Shown here piece after piece: positions 1 through 11,528 of a DNA stretch of 64,000 nt (position 1 is the first letter of the stretch; each line of letters begins with the position of its first letter). The notes under the pieces were generated by a model, which was not told where the DNA came from, did not search any database, and saw only the letters and a list, made by a program, of their open reading frames with translations. The stretch is from NCBI GenBank assembly GCA_963753435.1, contig CAVWCF010000001.1, positions 672,001 to 736,000 of the forward strand, given 5' to 3'. The position numbers were made by a program, and so were the translations under genes. The DNA comes from an uncultured Actinomycetota bacterium. Its GTDB lineage: Bacteria; Actinomycetota; Actinomycetes; CAVWCF01.

Positions 1-936
1 CACCGCGTCGGGGACCAACTCACCGGACAAGGCCAGGCGCACAGAGCGGGCCACGGCCACGCCGGCCTTCTCCTGCGCCTCGTCCGTGGAGGCACCCAAG
101 TGCGGCGTCGCAACCACGGAGTCGAACGCGAACAGAGGCGAATCGGTGCACGGCTCCTTGGCGAAGACGTCGACCCCGGCCCCGGCAACACGGCCGTCGG
201 CCAGCGCCTGCGCCAGCGCCGCCTCGTCCACGATGCCGCCGCGGGCAGCGTTGATGATCCGCACGCTGGGCTTGACCTTGTGCAGCGCTTCGTCACCGAT
301 GAGGCCAATGGTCTCCGGAGTCTTGGGCAGGTGGACGCTGATGAAGTCCGAGGTTGCCAGCAGTTCGTCCAGGTCGACCATGCGCACGCCCAACTGCCCC
401 GCCCGCGCCGGTGGCACGTAGGGGTCGTAGGCGATCAACTGCATGCCGAACGCCGACAACCGCTGGGCCACGAGCATGCCGATGCGGCCGAGTCCGACGA
501 TGCCCGCAACCTTGTCCTGCAACTCCACGCCGGAGTACTTCGACCGTTTCCACTCCCCCGCCTTCAGCGCGGCGTTGGCCGGGGCGATGTTGCGCGCGCA
601 CGCGATCAACAGGCCCACAGCGATTTCTGCCGCGGACACGATGTTCGAAGTGGGGGCGTTGACGACCATGACGCCAGCGGCGGTCGAGGCCGGCACGTCC
701 ACGTTGTCCAGCCCGACGCCGGCCCGCGCGATCACCTTGAGGTTCTTGGCCACAGCCAGCGCCTCAGCGTCCATCTGGGTAGCACTGCGGACCATGACCG
801 CGTCAACTTCCGGCAATGCGGCCAGCAGTTGCTCCCGGTCCGCGCCGTCGCAGAAGCGAATCTCGAAGTCCGGTCCAAGTGCCTCGACGGTCGCCGGTGA
901 CAACTCCTCGGCGATCAGAACGATCGGCTTGCTCAC
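1..936 (-). CDS. serA: D-3-phosphoglycerate dehydrogenase, 3' end runs off the window
   Basis: Absent from the ORF track; translated by hand from GTG 936: MSKPIVLIAEELSPATVEALG...ARAGVGLDNVD...GLGRIG...INAARGGIVDE...TPHLGAST. Lies directly downstream of ilvC. Confidence 0.95.
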   Translation of the reverse strand, partial: MSKPIVLIAEELSPATVEALGPDFEIRFCDGADREQLLAALPEVDAVMVRSATQMDAEALAVAKNLKVIARAGVGLDNVDVPASTAAGVMVVNAPTSNIVSAAEIAVGLLIACARNIAPANAALKAGEWKRSKYSGVELQDKVAGIVGLGRIGMLVAQRLSAFGMQLIAYDPYVPPARAGQLGVRMVDLDELLATSDFISVHLPKTPETIGLIGDEALHKVKPSVRIINAARGGIVDEAALAQALADGRVAGAGVDVFAKEPCTDSPLFAFDSVVATPHLGASTDEAQEKAGVAVARSVRLALSGELVPDAV

Positions 937-960
937 AGTCTCCGCTTTCTACCGACGCCC

Positions 961-2591
<1,631 letters not shown>

Positions 2592-2596
2592 CGGGC

Positions 2597-4339
2597 TCAC
2601 TCCTCGCGGTCCCACGACGGGGCCAGGCCCCGCGCGACCATGATTTCGTCGTTGCTGGTTCCGGCGGCGACCATCGGCCACACCATCGCGTCCTTGTGCA
2701 CCGTGAAGTCGACGACGACGGGTCGGTCGTTGATCGAAAGCGCCTTGTCGATGGTCGCGTCCACGTCCTCAGGTGCATCGCAGCGCAGCCCGGCGCACCC
2801 GTATGCCTCCGCCAACTTGGCGAAGTCGGGGATGCGCTTGGAGTGCAGGTCGGTGTTTGAGTACCGCTCGTTGTAGAACAGCGTCTGCCACTGGCGGACC
2901 ATGCCGAGCGACTCGTTGTTGATGACCGCCACCTTGATGGGAATGTCGTTGATGGCGCAGGTGGCCAACTCCTGGTTGGTCATCTGGAAGCAACCGTCGC
3001 CGTCGATGGCCCAGACGGTGGTGTCCGGTCGGCCCACCTTGGCCCCCATCGCCGCGGGGACCGCGAATCCCATGGTCCCCAGCCCGCCGCTGTTCAGCCA
3101 AGTTCCCGGCTTTTCGTACTTGATGAACTGCGCCGCCCACATCTGGTGCTGGCCGACGCCGGCGGCGAACACGGTGTCCGGGCCGGACATCGCCCCGATG
3201 CGCTCGATGACGTGCTGCGGCGACAGGCTGCCGTCTGCGGGCGCGTCGTAGCCCAGCGGGTAGGTCCGGCGCCACTGGTCCAACTGCGCCCACCAGGCCG
3301 CGTAGTCGCCGACGCGGCCGGACTCGTGCTCGGCGCGGATCATGCTGATGAGTTCGCGCAGGACGTTGCCGACGTCACCGACGATCGGCAGGTCGGCCTG
3401 CCGGTTCTTGGAGATCTCTGCCGGGTCAATGTCGGCGTGAATGACCGCGGCCCCCGGCGCGAAGGTGCTCAGGTTGCCGGTCACACGGTCGTCGAAGCGG
3501 GCGCCCAGCGCCACGATCAGGTCGGCCTTCTGCAGCCCGCCGACCGCGGCCACGGTGCCGTGCATGCCGGGCATGCCCAGGTGCTGGCGGTGGCTGTCCG
3601 GGAACGCGCCGCGGGCCATGAGGGTCGTCACCACCGGGGCTCCAGTGAGTTCGGCCAGCTCCAGGAGCGCGGCCGAGGCCCGGGCCTTGATCACGCCGCC
3701 ACCGACGTAGAGGACCGGGCGACGCGCCTGCACGATCATGCTGGCCGCCTCGCGGACCTGCCGGGAGTGCGGTTTGGTCGTCGGCTTGTAGCCGGGCAGG
3801 TCCAGGGCATGCGGCCAGGTGAATCCAGTGGTGGCCTGCAGCGCGTCCTTGGAGATGTCAACCAGAACCGGCCCGGGTCGCCCGGTTGCGGCGATGTGGA
3901 ACGCCTCGGCAATGGCCCGGGGGATCTCCGCCGGGTCGGTGATCAAGTAGTTGTGCTTGGTGATGGGCATCGTGATGCCCCGGATGTCCGCCTCTTGGAA
4001 GGCGTCGGTCCCGATGGCGGCGCTGGGGACCTGACCGGTGATGGCCACCAGGGGCACGGAGTCCATGTAGGAGTCGGCGATCGGGGTGACGAGGTTGGTG
4101 GCGCCGGGGCCGGAGGTGGCCATGCAGACCCCGACTCGGCCCGTGGCCAGCGCGTACCCCTGGGCTGCGTGGCCGGCGCCCTGCTCGTGCCGGACCAGGA
4201 TGTGGCGGACCTGCGAGGTGTCCATCAACGGGTCGTACGCGGGCAGGATCGCCCCACCCGGGATGCCGAAGACCGTCTCTACCCCCGCGTGCTCCAGCGA
4301 TCGCACGAGGGACTGCGCGCCGGTGATCTGCTCGCTCAT
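2597..4339 (-). CDS. ilvB: acetolactate synthase large subunit
   Basis: [18 protein letters not shown] and the TPP-binding GDGCFQM...NN motif; start set at MSEQITGAQ. Confidence 0.97.
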   Translation of the reverse strand: MSEQITGAQSLVRSLEHAGVETVFGIPGGAILPAYDPLMDTSQVRHILVRHEQGAGHAAQGYALATGRVGVCMATSGPGATNLVTPIADSYMDSVPLVAITGQVPSAAIGTDAFQEADIRGITMPITKHNYLITDPAEIPRAIAEAFHIAATGRPGPVLVDISKDALQATTGFTWPHALDLPGYKPTTKPHSRQVREAASMIVQARRPVLYVGGGVIKARASAALLELAELTGAPVVTTLMARGAFPDSHRQHLGMPGMHGTVAAVGGLQKADLIVALGARFDDRVTGNLSTFAPGAAVIHADIDPAEISKNRQADLPIVGDVGNVLRELISMIRAEHESGRVGDYAAWWAQLDQWRRTYPLGYDAPADGSLSPQHVIERIGAMSGPDTVFAAGVGQHQMWAAQFIKYEKPGTWLNSGGLGTMGFAVPAAMGAKVGRPDTTVWAIDGDGCFQMTNQELATCAINDIPIKVAVINNESLGMVRQWQTLFYNERYSNTDLHSKRIPDFAKLAEAYGCAGLRCDAPEDVDATIDKALSINDRPVVVDFTVHKDAMVWPMVAAGTSNDEIMVARGLAPSWDREE

Positions 4340-4375
4340 CTGGCTTCCTTGGGGATCGTTCGGGGGCGGGACATG

Positions 4376-4410
4376 AAAAAGCCCCTCCGCCATTGTGGCT
4401 GACGAGGGGC
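4376..4410 (-). terminator. attenuator terminator of the ilvB leader
   Basis: Minus strand GCCCCTC-gtcagccacaatggcg-GAGGGGC followed by TTTTT, located between the leader peptide and ilvB. Confidence 0.85.
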
Positions 4411-4432
4411 GCGCGTCCGACAGGCGGGCGCG

Positions 4433-4462
4433 CTAGATAACTACTACCTGAGTGCTGTGCAC
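4433..4462 (-). CDS. ilvB operon leader peptide MHSTQVVVI
   Basis: GTG CAC AGC ACT CAG GTA GTA GTT ATC TAG: a Val/Ile codon run immediately before the terminator. Confidence 0.8.
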   Translation of the reverse strand: MHSTQVVVI

Positions 4463-4468
4463 GCGCAA

Positions 4469-4497
4469 AGGGTGACTGATGCGGGCCGGTTAGTCAA
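4469..4497 (-). promoter_or_regulatory. sigmaA-type promoter of the ilvB leader
   Basis: TTGACT-17 nt-CACCCT, then 6 nt to the leader GTG (leaderless spacing). Confidence 0.6.
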
Positions 4498-4525
4498 CAC
4501 CGCCGAGGCCGCAGCCGGGGCCGAG

Positions 4526-6208
4526 TCAGCCGGTGACGGCTCCAGTGGCCGCACTCGACACCAGGCGCGTGTACTTGGCCAGCACGCCGCGGTCGTAGCG
4601 CGGGGGCAGTGGCGACCACTGTTCGCGGCGCCGCGCCAGCTCGGCGTCGTCGACCAGCAGGTCGATGGTCCGGGCCGCGACGTCAACGCGGATGCGGTCC
4701 CCGTCGGCCACCAGGGCGATCGGCCCGCCGTCCACGGCTTCGGGAGCGATGTGTCCGATGCACAGCCCGGTCGTGCCGCCGGAGAAGCGGCCGTCGGTGA
4801 GGAGGAGTACGTCCTTGCCCAGGCCGGCGCCCTTGATGGCCCCGGTGATGGCGAGCATCTCGCGCATGCCTGGGCCGCCCTTGGGGCCCTCGTAACGGAT
4901 TACGACCACGTCCCCGGCCGACAACTGTCCGGCCTCCAACGCGTCCATCGCCGCCCGCTCCCGCTCAAACACGCGGGCGATTCCCTCGAAGACCTCTGCG
5001 TCGAAACCGGCGGTCTTGACGACAGCGCCGTCGGGGGCGAGTGACCCCCGCAGGATCGCGAGCCCACCGCTGGCGTGAATGGGATCGGATATGGCGCGCA
5101 CGATCTGGCCGTCAGGGTCCGGCGGGGAGATCTCGGCCAGGTTCTCGGCCATGGTCTTGCCGGTGACGGTCAAAGCATCCCCGTGCAGGAGTCCGGCGTC
5201 CAACAGCGCCCGCATCACCACGGGCACCCCGCCAATGCGGTCGACGTCGGTCATGACGTACCGGCCGAACGGCTTGACGTCGGCCAGGTGCGGCACCCGG
5301 TCGCCGATGCGGTTGAAGTCGTCCAAGGTCAGCTCGACCTCGGCCTCGTGCGCGATGGCCAACAGGTGCAGCACAGCGTTGGTCGAACCGCCGACCGCCA
5401 TGACTACGGCGATCGCGTTCTCGAACGCCGCACGCGTCAGGATCTGCCGCGCCGTGATCCCCTGCTCCAGCATGCGCACTACTGCTTCGCCGGACCGCCG
5501 GGCGTAGCCGTCGCGCCGGCGGTCGACGGCCGGGGGCGCCGCCGAACCGGGTAGGGACATGCCGAGGGCCTCGGCAACGCTGGCCATGGTGTTGGCGGTG
5601 TACATGCCGCCGCAGGCGCCTTCACCCGGACAGATCGCCCGCTCGATGGCGTCGACCTCTGCACGAGTGATCAGCCCCCGCGCGCAAGCGCCCACGGCCT
5701 CGAAGGCGTCGATGATGGTTACGTCCTTGTCGCCAAGGCGGCCCGGCATAGTGGATCCGGCGTAGAGGAACACCGCAGCCAGGTCCAGGCGTGCCGCGGC
5801 CATGAGCATTCCCGGCAGCGACTTGTCGCATCCGGCCAACAGCACCGCACCGTCGAGCCGCTCCGCCTGCATGACGGTTTCAACGGAGTCCGCGATGACC
5901 TCTCGGCTGACCAGGGAGAAGTGCATCCCCTCATGCCCCATGGAGATGCCGTCGGAAACCGAGATGGTTCCGAACTCCAACGGGTACCCGCCGGCGGCGT
6001 GCACACCCTCCTTGGAGGCGGTCGCGAGCCGGGCCAGGCTCAGGTTGCAGGGGGTGATCTCGTTCCAGGACGAGGCCACGCCGATCTGCGGCTTGACCCA
6101 GTCGTCGTCGCCCATACCGACCGCGCGCAGCATCCCGCGGGCGGCGGCACGCTCCAGCCCGTCGGTGACGTCGCGGCTGCGCGGTTTGATGTCCGGTGCG
6201 TCGTTCAT
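4526..6208 (-). CDS. ilvD: dihydroxy-acid dehydratase
   Basis: [39 protein letters not shown] and TDGRFSGG motifs. Confidence 0.98.
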   Translation of the reverse strand: MNDAPDIKPRSRDVTDGLERAAARGMLRAVGMGDDDWVKPQIGVASSWNEITPCNLSLARLATASKEGVHAAGGYPLEFGTISVSDGISMGHEGMHFSLVSREVIADSVETVMQAERLDGAVLLAGCDKSLPGMLMAAARLDLAAVFLYAGSTMPGRLGDKDVTIIDAFEAVGACARGLITRAEVDAIERAICPGEGACGGMYTANTMASVAEALGMSLPGSAAPPAVDRRRDGYARRSGEAVVRMLEQGITARQILTRAAFENAIAVVMAVGGSTNAVLHLLAIAHEAEVELTLDDFNRIGDRVPHLADVKPFGRYVMTDVDRIGGVPVVMRALLDAGLLHGDALTVTGKTMAENLAEISPPDPDGQIVRAISDPIHASGGLAILRGSLAPDGAVVKTAGFDAEVFEGIARVFERERAAMDALEAGQLSAGDVVVIRYEGPKGGPGMREMLAITGAIKGAGLGKDVLLLTDGRFSGGTTGLCIGHIAPEAVDGGPIALVADGDRIRVDVAARTIDLLVDDAELARRREQWSPLPPRYDRGVLAKYTRLVSSAATGAVTG

Positions 6209-7149
6209 GCGCTGACGCTATCCGGGCGCGGCATGACGTTGAGCAGAGGTTGACCGGCGGCGAACCGCTGCAGTTGCTCAGCCACCAGGCGGTGCGCCCG
6301 CGGCAGGAAAGCGCTCGTGTTGCCGCCGACGTGCGGGGAGATCAGCACGTTCGGTTCGGCCCACAGCGGGTGGTCGGCGGGCAACGGTTCCGGATCGGTC
6401 ACGTCCAGGGCGGCGCGCACCTGACCGGACCTGACCGCGCTCAGCAGGTCCTCGGTCACCACCACCGGGCCGCGTGCGGCGTTGACGAGCAGGGCTCCCG
6501 GCTTCATCCGGCCCAGGAACTCGGCGTCCACCAGGCCCTTGGTCTGCTCGGTCAGCGGCGTCACGAGGACGACTACGTCGGCGTGGGGCAGCAACTGCGG
6601 CAGGTCGTCGAAACCGTGGACCTGTGGGTCGCCCTGGCGTTGCGACCTGGCAACCCGCAGCATCTCCACCTCGAAACCGGCCAGGCGTCGTTCGATTGCT
6701 TCTCCGACTGACCCGTACCCGACAATCAGAACGGTCTTGTCGGCCAGGGCCTCGTAGCGGCCGTAGCGCCATTCGCCGGTGGCCTGGGCCCGCACGAACT
6801 CGGGGATGCGCCGCAGCGAGGCGATGATCAACCCGACGACCAGTTCCGCCGTGGACGCGTCGTGGACCCCCCTGGCGTTGCACAACTCCGCGCCGCGCGG
6901 CAGGTGCGGCCACACGTTGTCGACGCCGGCGGTCAGCGTCTGCACCACCTCCAGCGAAGGCATGCGCCCGCAGATCGCGACCGTGTGCTCCGGGGCCATG
7001 TACGGCGGGACGTAGAAGGCGACCTCGTCGATGCCGGGCGGCTCGACATCGCCGGTGTAGACCTCGGCCCGAAGTCCGGATGGCAGTCCGCCCACGTCCG
7101 CTGGGGGGAACGGCAGCCACACAAGTCGCTCGGGAGGGTCGGGGCTCAC
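6205..7149 (-). CDS. D-isomer-specific 2-hydroxyacid dehydrogenase
   Basis: [24 protein letters not shown] and SPHVGG motifs; start GTG 7149 chosen from the upstream TAGCCT -10 box. Confidence 0.9.
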   Translation of the reverse strand: MSPDPPERLVWLPFPPADVGGLPSGLRAEVYTGDVEPPGIDEVAFYVPPYMAPEHTVAICGRMPSLEVVQTLTAGVDNVWPHLPRGAELCNARGVHDASTAELVVGLIIASLRRIPEFVRAQATGEWRYGRYEALADKTVLIVGYGSVGEAIERRLAGFEVEMLRVARSQRQGDPQVHGFDDLPQLLPHADVVVLVTPLTEQTKGLVDAEFLGRMKPGALLVNAARGPVVVTEDLLSAVRSGQVRAALDVTDPEPLPADHPLWAEPNVLISPHVGGNTSAFLPRAHRLVAEQLQRFAAGQPLLNVMPRPDSVSA

Positions 7150-7185
7150 GACGCGCGAGGCTAGCGAGCCATTCACAATGGAGAC

Positions 7186-8301
7186 ATGAAGGACCCCCGC
7201 TGGTTCGCCGCGGCTGCAGCCGGTGCTCTGGTGCTGACGCTTGCCGGATGCAGCTCAGGCGACGACGTCGCCGAGCCATCGGCCGCACCGACATCACCCT
7301 CGACGTCGCCGCCTGGAAGTCCATCGGCGGCGCCGATCCCGGACGTCGCCGTTGCGGCGGATGTCGCGACCGGGCTAGAGGTCCCCTGGGGTATCGCCGC
7401 GTTGCCCGCAGGCGGAGCGCTGGTCAGCGAACGCATCAGTGGGCAAGTCCTTCGGGTGGCGGCCGATGGCACTGCCACAGCGCTGGGACGCGTGCCCGGG
7501 GTGCAGGCGCGTGGTGAAGGCGGACTGCTGGGCCTCGCGGTGGACCCCGCCGACCCAGACTTCTTCTTCGCCTACCTGACGGCTGGTTCGGACAACCGTG
7601 TCGTCCGCGTTCAGTTCGCCGGTGACCGACTCGGTGCCGTCGAGCCGCTGCTCACCGGAATCCCGTCGGATGCGATCCACAACGGCGGACGGCTGCTCGT
7701 GGGACCGGACCGGTTCTTGTACGTGGCCACCGGGGATGCCGGCGACGGCGACCTCGCCCAGGACACCGGGTCACTGGCGGGCAAGATCCTGAGGCTCAAC
7801 GTGGACGGTTCGATTCCCGCGGACAACCCGTTCGGGAACCCGGTTTGGAGCTACGGGCATCGCAACGTGCAGGGCCTGGCGTTCGATTCGGCCGGGCGGC
7901 TCTGGGCCAGCGAGTTCGGTTCAAAGTTGGCCGACGAACTCAACCTGATCGAGCGCGGTGGCAACTACGGCTGGCCGGTGGTCGAGGGCACCGCTGATGG
8001 CTTCCGCGACTTCATTGACCCGCAGGTCACCTGGCCCACCGACGAGGCGTCCCCCAGCGGTCTGGTGATCGTGGACGACATCGCTTACCTGGCGGCCCTA
8101 CGCGGGCAGCGCCTTTGGCAGGTGCCGCTGACCGACGGCGTGGCTGGAACCCCACGGGCGTGGCTTGAGGATGAACTGGGCCGACTGCGCACCCTGGCGG
8201 TCCTGCCGGACGGTCAGGTCTGGCTGACGACGTCCAACCGTGATGGGCGCGGCGATCCCCGTGATGGCGACGACCGGATCGTCCGCCTCTCCTTCACATA
8301 G
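7186..8301 (+). CDS. PQQ-dependent sugar (glucose/sorbosone) dehydrogenase lipoprotein
   Basis: Lipobox LAGC; GEGGLLG, HNGGRL, YGHRNVQG and NYGWP motifs. Confidence 0.9.
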   Translation: MKDPRWFAAAAAGALVLTLAGCSSGDDVAEPSAAPTSPSTSPPGSPSAAPIPDVAVAADVATGLEVPWGIAALPAGGALVSERISGQVLRVAADGTATALGRVPGVQARGEGGLLGLAVDPADPDFFFAYLTAGSDNRVVRVQFAGDRLGAVEPLLTGIPSDAIHNGGRLLVGPDRFLYVATGDAGDGDLAQDTGSLAGKILRLNVDGSIPADNPFGNPVWSYGHRNVQGLAFDSAGRLWASEFGSKLADELNLIERGGNYGWPVVEGTADGFRDFIDPQVTWPTDEASPSGLVIVDDIAYLAALRGQRLWQVPLTDGVAGTPRAWLEDELGRLRTLAVLPDGQVWLTTSNRDGRGDPRDGDDRIVRLSFT

Positions 8302-8308
8302 CCCGCCT

Positions 8309-9532
8309 CTAGACGAGCGCAGGAGCACGGGGGGCGGACGCTCGCGGATAGCCAAGCGTGCTGCCGTCCGGTCGACTGACGCTGACCGCGGCACCGTCCA
8401 ACTCGAGCCGGAACCCGCCTTCGTGAACCGCGCGATGGTGCCGACGACACAGGAGCACCAGATTCGACCTGTCGGTAGCCCCACCGTGCGCCCACGGCAC
8501 CACATGATGGGCATCGCACCAGGCGACCGGGCGGTCGCACCCGGGGAAGCGGCAGCCGCCATCCCGGGCGGCCAGGAATCGGCGCAGCCGCTGCGGGACG
8601 ACCCTGGTGCTCCTGCCCACATCGATCGGATCGCCGGAGCGCATGAGCAGTGGTGTCAGCATCGCGTCGCAGGCGAGCCGCTGCGTCGCCGTGGCGCCGA
8701 GTGGCAGATCACGGACAGCGCCCAGCAGTTGAGCGCCGCCATGGCCGTCGCTCAGCGCCCGATAGTCGACGGCAACCAGCAGGTGCGGTCGGTCACCCGC
8801 CACCTGCGGCATCGCCCCGGTGTCCAGGGCCATCCGCGCCAACTCGACGAGCGCGTCGGCGCGACGCTGGGCCGACGTCCGCCCGTCCTCACTGGCACCT
8901 GGGGCGGCTAGGGCCTGTACGGCCGCCATGAGCGTGGCCCCCGACTCCGGGTCCAGCAGTCCATCGATGGCGACCATGCCGTGCAGGGTTGGCGAAATGG
9001 ACAACCGGCGCAGTTCATGGGCGCGTTGCTCATCCGCTACGGCCGCGGCCGGGTCGACCGCATCGGCCCATCGGCGAACCACGGTCGCAAACATGCGCGG
9101 CCCCAATCGGCGGGCCGCGTCGATGAGCAGCGGCTCCGCCTCGGCCAGGCTGGCCCGCCGGTTCGGATTGGCGGTGGCGGCTCGCGCGATCACCCGGACG
9201 TGGTCACTGCCGATCTCGCCGGCAGCAAGAGCCGCAGCAGTCAGTGGGAGGTCATCACGCAGGAGCCGAGCGGTCCGCAACTGATCGCGCGCCGCCCCTT
9301 CAGTCACGCGCGCTTCATGCCGCAGCCAGGCTGCGGGGGTGACCGCACCGTCGGCCTGCCACGCAGCCCCGGCCTCGAAGGCAGCGGTGGTGCGCAACAG
9401 TTCTGCGTGCAGCCGAGCGGCGGCTCGGTGCAACGCGAGGAGTCGGTTGGGCAGATCCGCGGCTGGCAGCTCAATCGTGGGTTCGCTCGCCAGCTCGTCT
9501 ATCGCCGCGGACAGCCGATTCAGGCCATCCAT
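8309..9532 (-). CDS. DUF222 domain + HNH endonuclease protein (13E12-repeat-like family)
   Basis: QRRADALVEL, RLACDA, and C-terminal RDGGCRFPGC...HHVVPW..GG.T...NLVLLCRRHH..VH. Confidence 0.9.
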   Translation of the reverse strand: MDGLNRLSAAIDELASEPTIELPAADLPNRLLALHRAAARLHAELLRTTAAFEAGAAWQADGAVTPAAWLRHEARVTEGAARDQLRTARLLRDDLPLTAAALAAGEIGSDHVRVIARAATANPNRRASLAEAEPLLIDAARRLGPRMFATVVRRWADAVDPAAAVADEQRAHELRRLSISPTLHGMVAIDGLLDPESGATLMAAVQALAAPGASEDGRTSAQRRADALVELARMALDTGAMPQVAGDRPHLLVAVDYRALSDGHGGAQLLGAVRDLPLGATATQRLACDAMLTPLLMRSGDPIDVGRSTRVVPQRLRRFLAARDGGCRFPGCDRPVAWCDAHHVVPWAHGGATDRSNLVLLCRRHHRAVHEGGFRLELDGAAVSVSRPDGSTLGYPRASAPRAPALV

Positions 9533-9538
9533 GCGAGC

Positions 9539-9560
9539 AAGCTAGGCAAGGGGTCCGACA
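9539..9560 (-). promoter_or_regulatory. PafBC / RecA-NDp DNA-damage promoter motif
   Basis: TGTCGG-ACCCCTTGCC-TAGCTT exactly fits TGTCGG-N10-TA-N3-T, 6 nt before ATG 9532. Confidence 0.8.
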
Positions 9561-9612
9561 GGAACTCGCCGACATAATCCACACTCGAGCCCGTTCGCGG
9601 CCAGGAGGTCAG

Positions 9613-10042
9613 ATGACGCGCGAGAGTCAGGTATCGGGCGTTGCCGACGCCGGCCCGTTCTTCCACGGCACCAAATCGCAACTGGCAACCTGGAGACCTG
9701 CTCGCGCCCGGCAGGCAGTCGAACTTCGGGTCGCGGCAGGTCTCCAACTTCGTCTACGTCACCGCGACCATGGACGCAGCCACCTGGGGAGCCGAACTCG
9801 CCGATGGCGACGGACCGGGGCGGATCTACCAGGTCGAGCCGACGGGGCCGATTGAAGACGACCCGAACCTGACCAACAAGAAGTTCCCCGGCAACCCGAC
9901 CAGGTCATATCGATCCCGCGAACCGCTGCGAGTCATCGCGGAAGTCGTCGACTGGGAGGCCCACAGCGCTGAACAGTTGACCGCGATGCGAGAGCACCTT
10001 GCCGAACTCAAGCGGCAGGGAGTCGAAGCGATCAACGACTAG
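9613..10042 (+). pseudogene. arr: rifampin ADP-ribosyltransferase, frameshifted near 9684-9685
   Basis: The N-terminal GPFFHGTKSQL is in the frame of ATG 9613 (RBS AGGAGG). The rest (QPGDLL...WGAELA...EPTG..EDDPNLTNKKFPGNPTRSYRS) is in the +1 frame. One extra G in CTG-G-CAA-CCT separates them. Confidence 0.85.
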
Positions 10043-10102
10043 GTCGCGCCGAATCTCAAGTCGCTACCGTGGGCTCAACCGTCGACCCAGGAGGTGACAG
10101 TG

Positions 10103-10648
10103 ATGTCCGGATCAGGTGGGGGCGCGGACTCGACACCGATCAGCCCGCCGGTCGACGAGGTCTACCCCGAAGAGGCGGGACCGGGACGAGACCTGCAACG
10201 CAAGGCCGCGTACGCCTTTCGACGGGACTGCCGCCAGGACGTATCGGTGCATCTCGCCTTCCGCGACGCGGTAGGCAGTGGGGAGCCGGCGGCAGTCGAG
10301 CAAGCCCGCGCGCTCTTGGACGAAGCGGTCGAAGCCGACGCTTGGAGTGCCGCGCAGCACGCCCACCAAGTTCTCGTGATCCGGGCGAAACGGGCCGCCG
10401 GGCCGGACCCCGAGACACGCGAGTCGGTCATCCCGGGGTTGTCCGACCGGGAGGCATGGGACGCCGCCGCGCCAGTGCGCCGCGAACTTGAGGTGCTGGC
10501 CGATCTTCGTCGCCAGCACGAAAGGGCCGTCGCCAGCGGCCAGCCGGCGCCAGGGTCAAGTGAGCTCGCGCAAATCGAGGATGCGTTGCGTGCCCAGGAG
10601 GGACTTTGCGCGCGGCTGGAACCCGTAGCGCGGCCCGCTGGGGCCTAA
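10103..10648 (+). CDS. hypothetical protein
   Basis: RBS AGGAGG 8 nt before ATG 10103; fills the gap between neighbours; no motif recognised. Confidence 0.55.
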   Translation: MSGSGGGADSTPISPPVDEVYPEEAGPGRDLQRKAAYAFRRDCRQDVSVHLAFRDAVGSGEPAAVEQARALLDEAVEADAWSAAQHAHQVLVIRAKRAAGPDPETRESVIPGLSDREAWDAAAPVRRELEVLADLRRQHERAVASGQPAPGSSELAQIEDALRAQEGLCARLEPVARPAGA

Positions 10649-10717
10649 CGTTCGGGACCGCGCGCGCAAGCCACGGATCACGTATTCGGAACCCTCAAGA
10701 GCGCTGGGATTCGCCGG

Positions 10718-11500
10718 TCAGGGTCGGGCACCGGCAGCGCTCAGGACTGCGGCGATCTCGTCGTACCCCCGCGAGGTCGCCTGCGCGAGAGGCCGCTGGC
10801 CGTTGCCAACCAAGTTCACATCAGCACCGGCGTCGACGAGCAGTCGGACAACCTCAACGTGAGCCGGCCCGCCATCGCCCAGGACGATCGCCTCGTGAAG
10901 CGCCGTCCAACCAAGCCGGTTGACGTGATTCACGTCGATGTCGGTCTGAAGTAGCCGAGCGATGATGCGCGGGTAGCCACGCTCAGCGGCCCTGATCAGC
11001 CCCGTCCCGTTGAACGAATCGCGGGAGTCGGCCGTCGCCCCGCCGTCGAGCAGCAAGTCGAGCAGCGATGGGTCATCCCCGACTTCGCTCGTCGCGATTA
11101 GGTACGCACTCTGGACCGTGGCGTCCTTCTCGTCCGGATTCCCACCCCCCACCAGCAGCACCCTGGCGACATCCACATGGTTGCCGTACGCGGCCGCCAC
11201 CAGCGGCGTACGACCGCGCGCGTCCGTCGCCCGGACACTCGCCCCCCGCCGGAGCAGGCTCTCCACCTCTTCTAGGTCACCGCGAGCCGCGGCCGCTATC
11301 AGCGGCAGATCGAGTGCGGATTCACGTGTAGGAGCAGGACCTGGTGACCCAGGAGACATCGTCGCCCGCGGGCTGGCTTCGGACTCCCGACTCGGCTCCC
11401 CGGTGGCAGTCACGGTCGGGGTTGCCGTAGGAACGGACTCGCCGACCGTCGTGCAACCGGCCAGAAGTACCACCTGGGCAACCATTACTGGCCACCTCAC
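10718..11500 (-). CDS. ankyrin-repeat lipoprotein
   Basis: Lipobox LLAGC, Pro/Thr linker, ankyrin repeats (GRTPLVAAA, GTGLIRAA, GWTALHEA, RPLAQA). Confidence 0.85.
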   Translation of the reverse strand: MRWPVMVAQVVLLAGCTTVGESVPTATPTVTATGEPSRESEASPRATMSPGSPGPAPTRESALDLPLIAAAARGDLEEVESLLRRGASVRATDARGRTPLVAAAYGNHVDVARVLLVGGGNPDEKDATVQSAYLIATSEVGDDPSLLDLLLDGGATADSRDSFNGTGLIRAAERGYPRIIARLLQTDIDVNHVNRLGWTALHEAIVLGDGGPAHVEVVRLLVDAGADVNLVGNGQRPLAQATSRGYDEIAAVLSAAGARP

Positions 11501-11528
11501 GCGAGCATCCTAGGCTTCGGTCGGAAGG

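Noticed and set aside
9561-9612. Rifamycin-associated element (RAE) upstream of arr
   Set aside because: No convincing palindrome seen in the spacer.
9670-9700. Programmed frameshift in arr
   Set aside because: No slippery heptamer or long homopolymer; only a GG dinucleotide.
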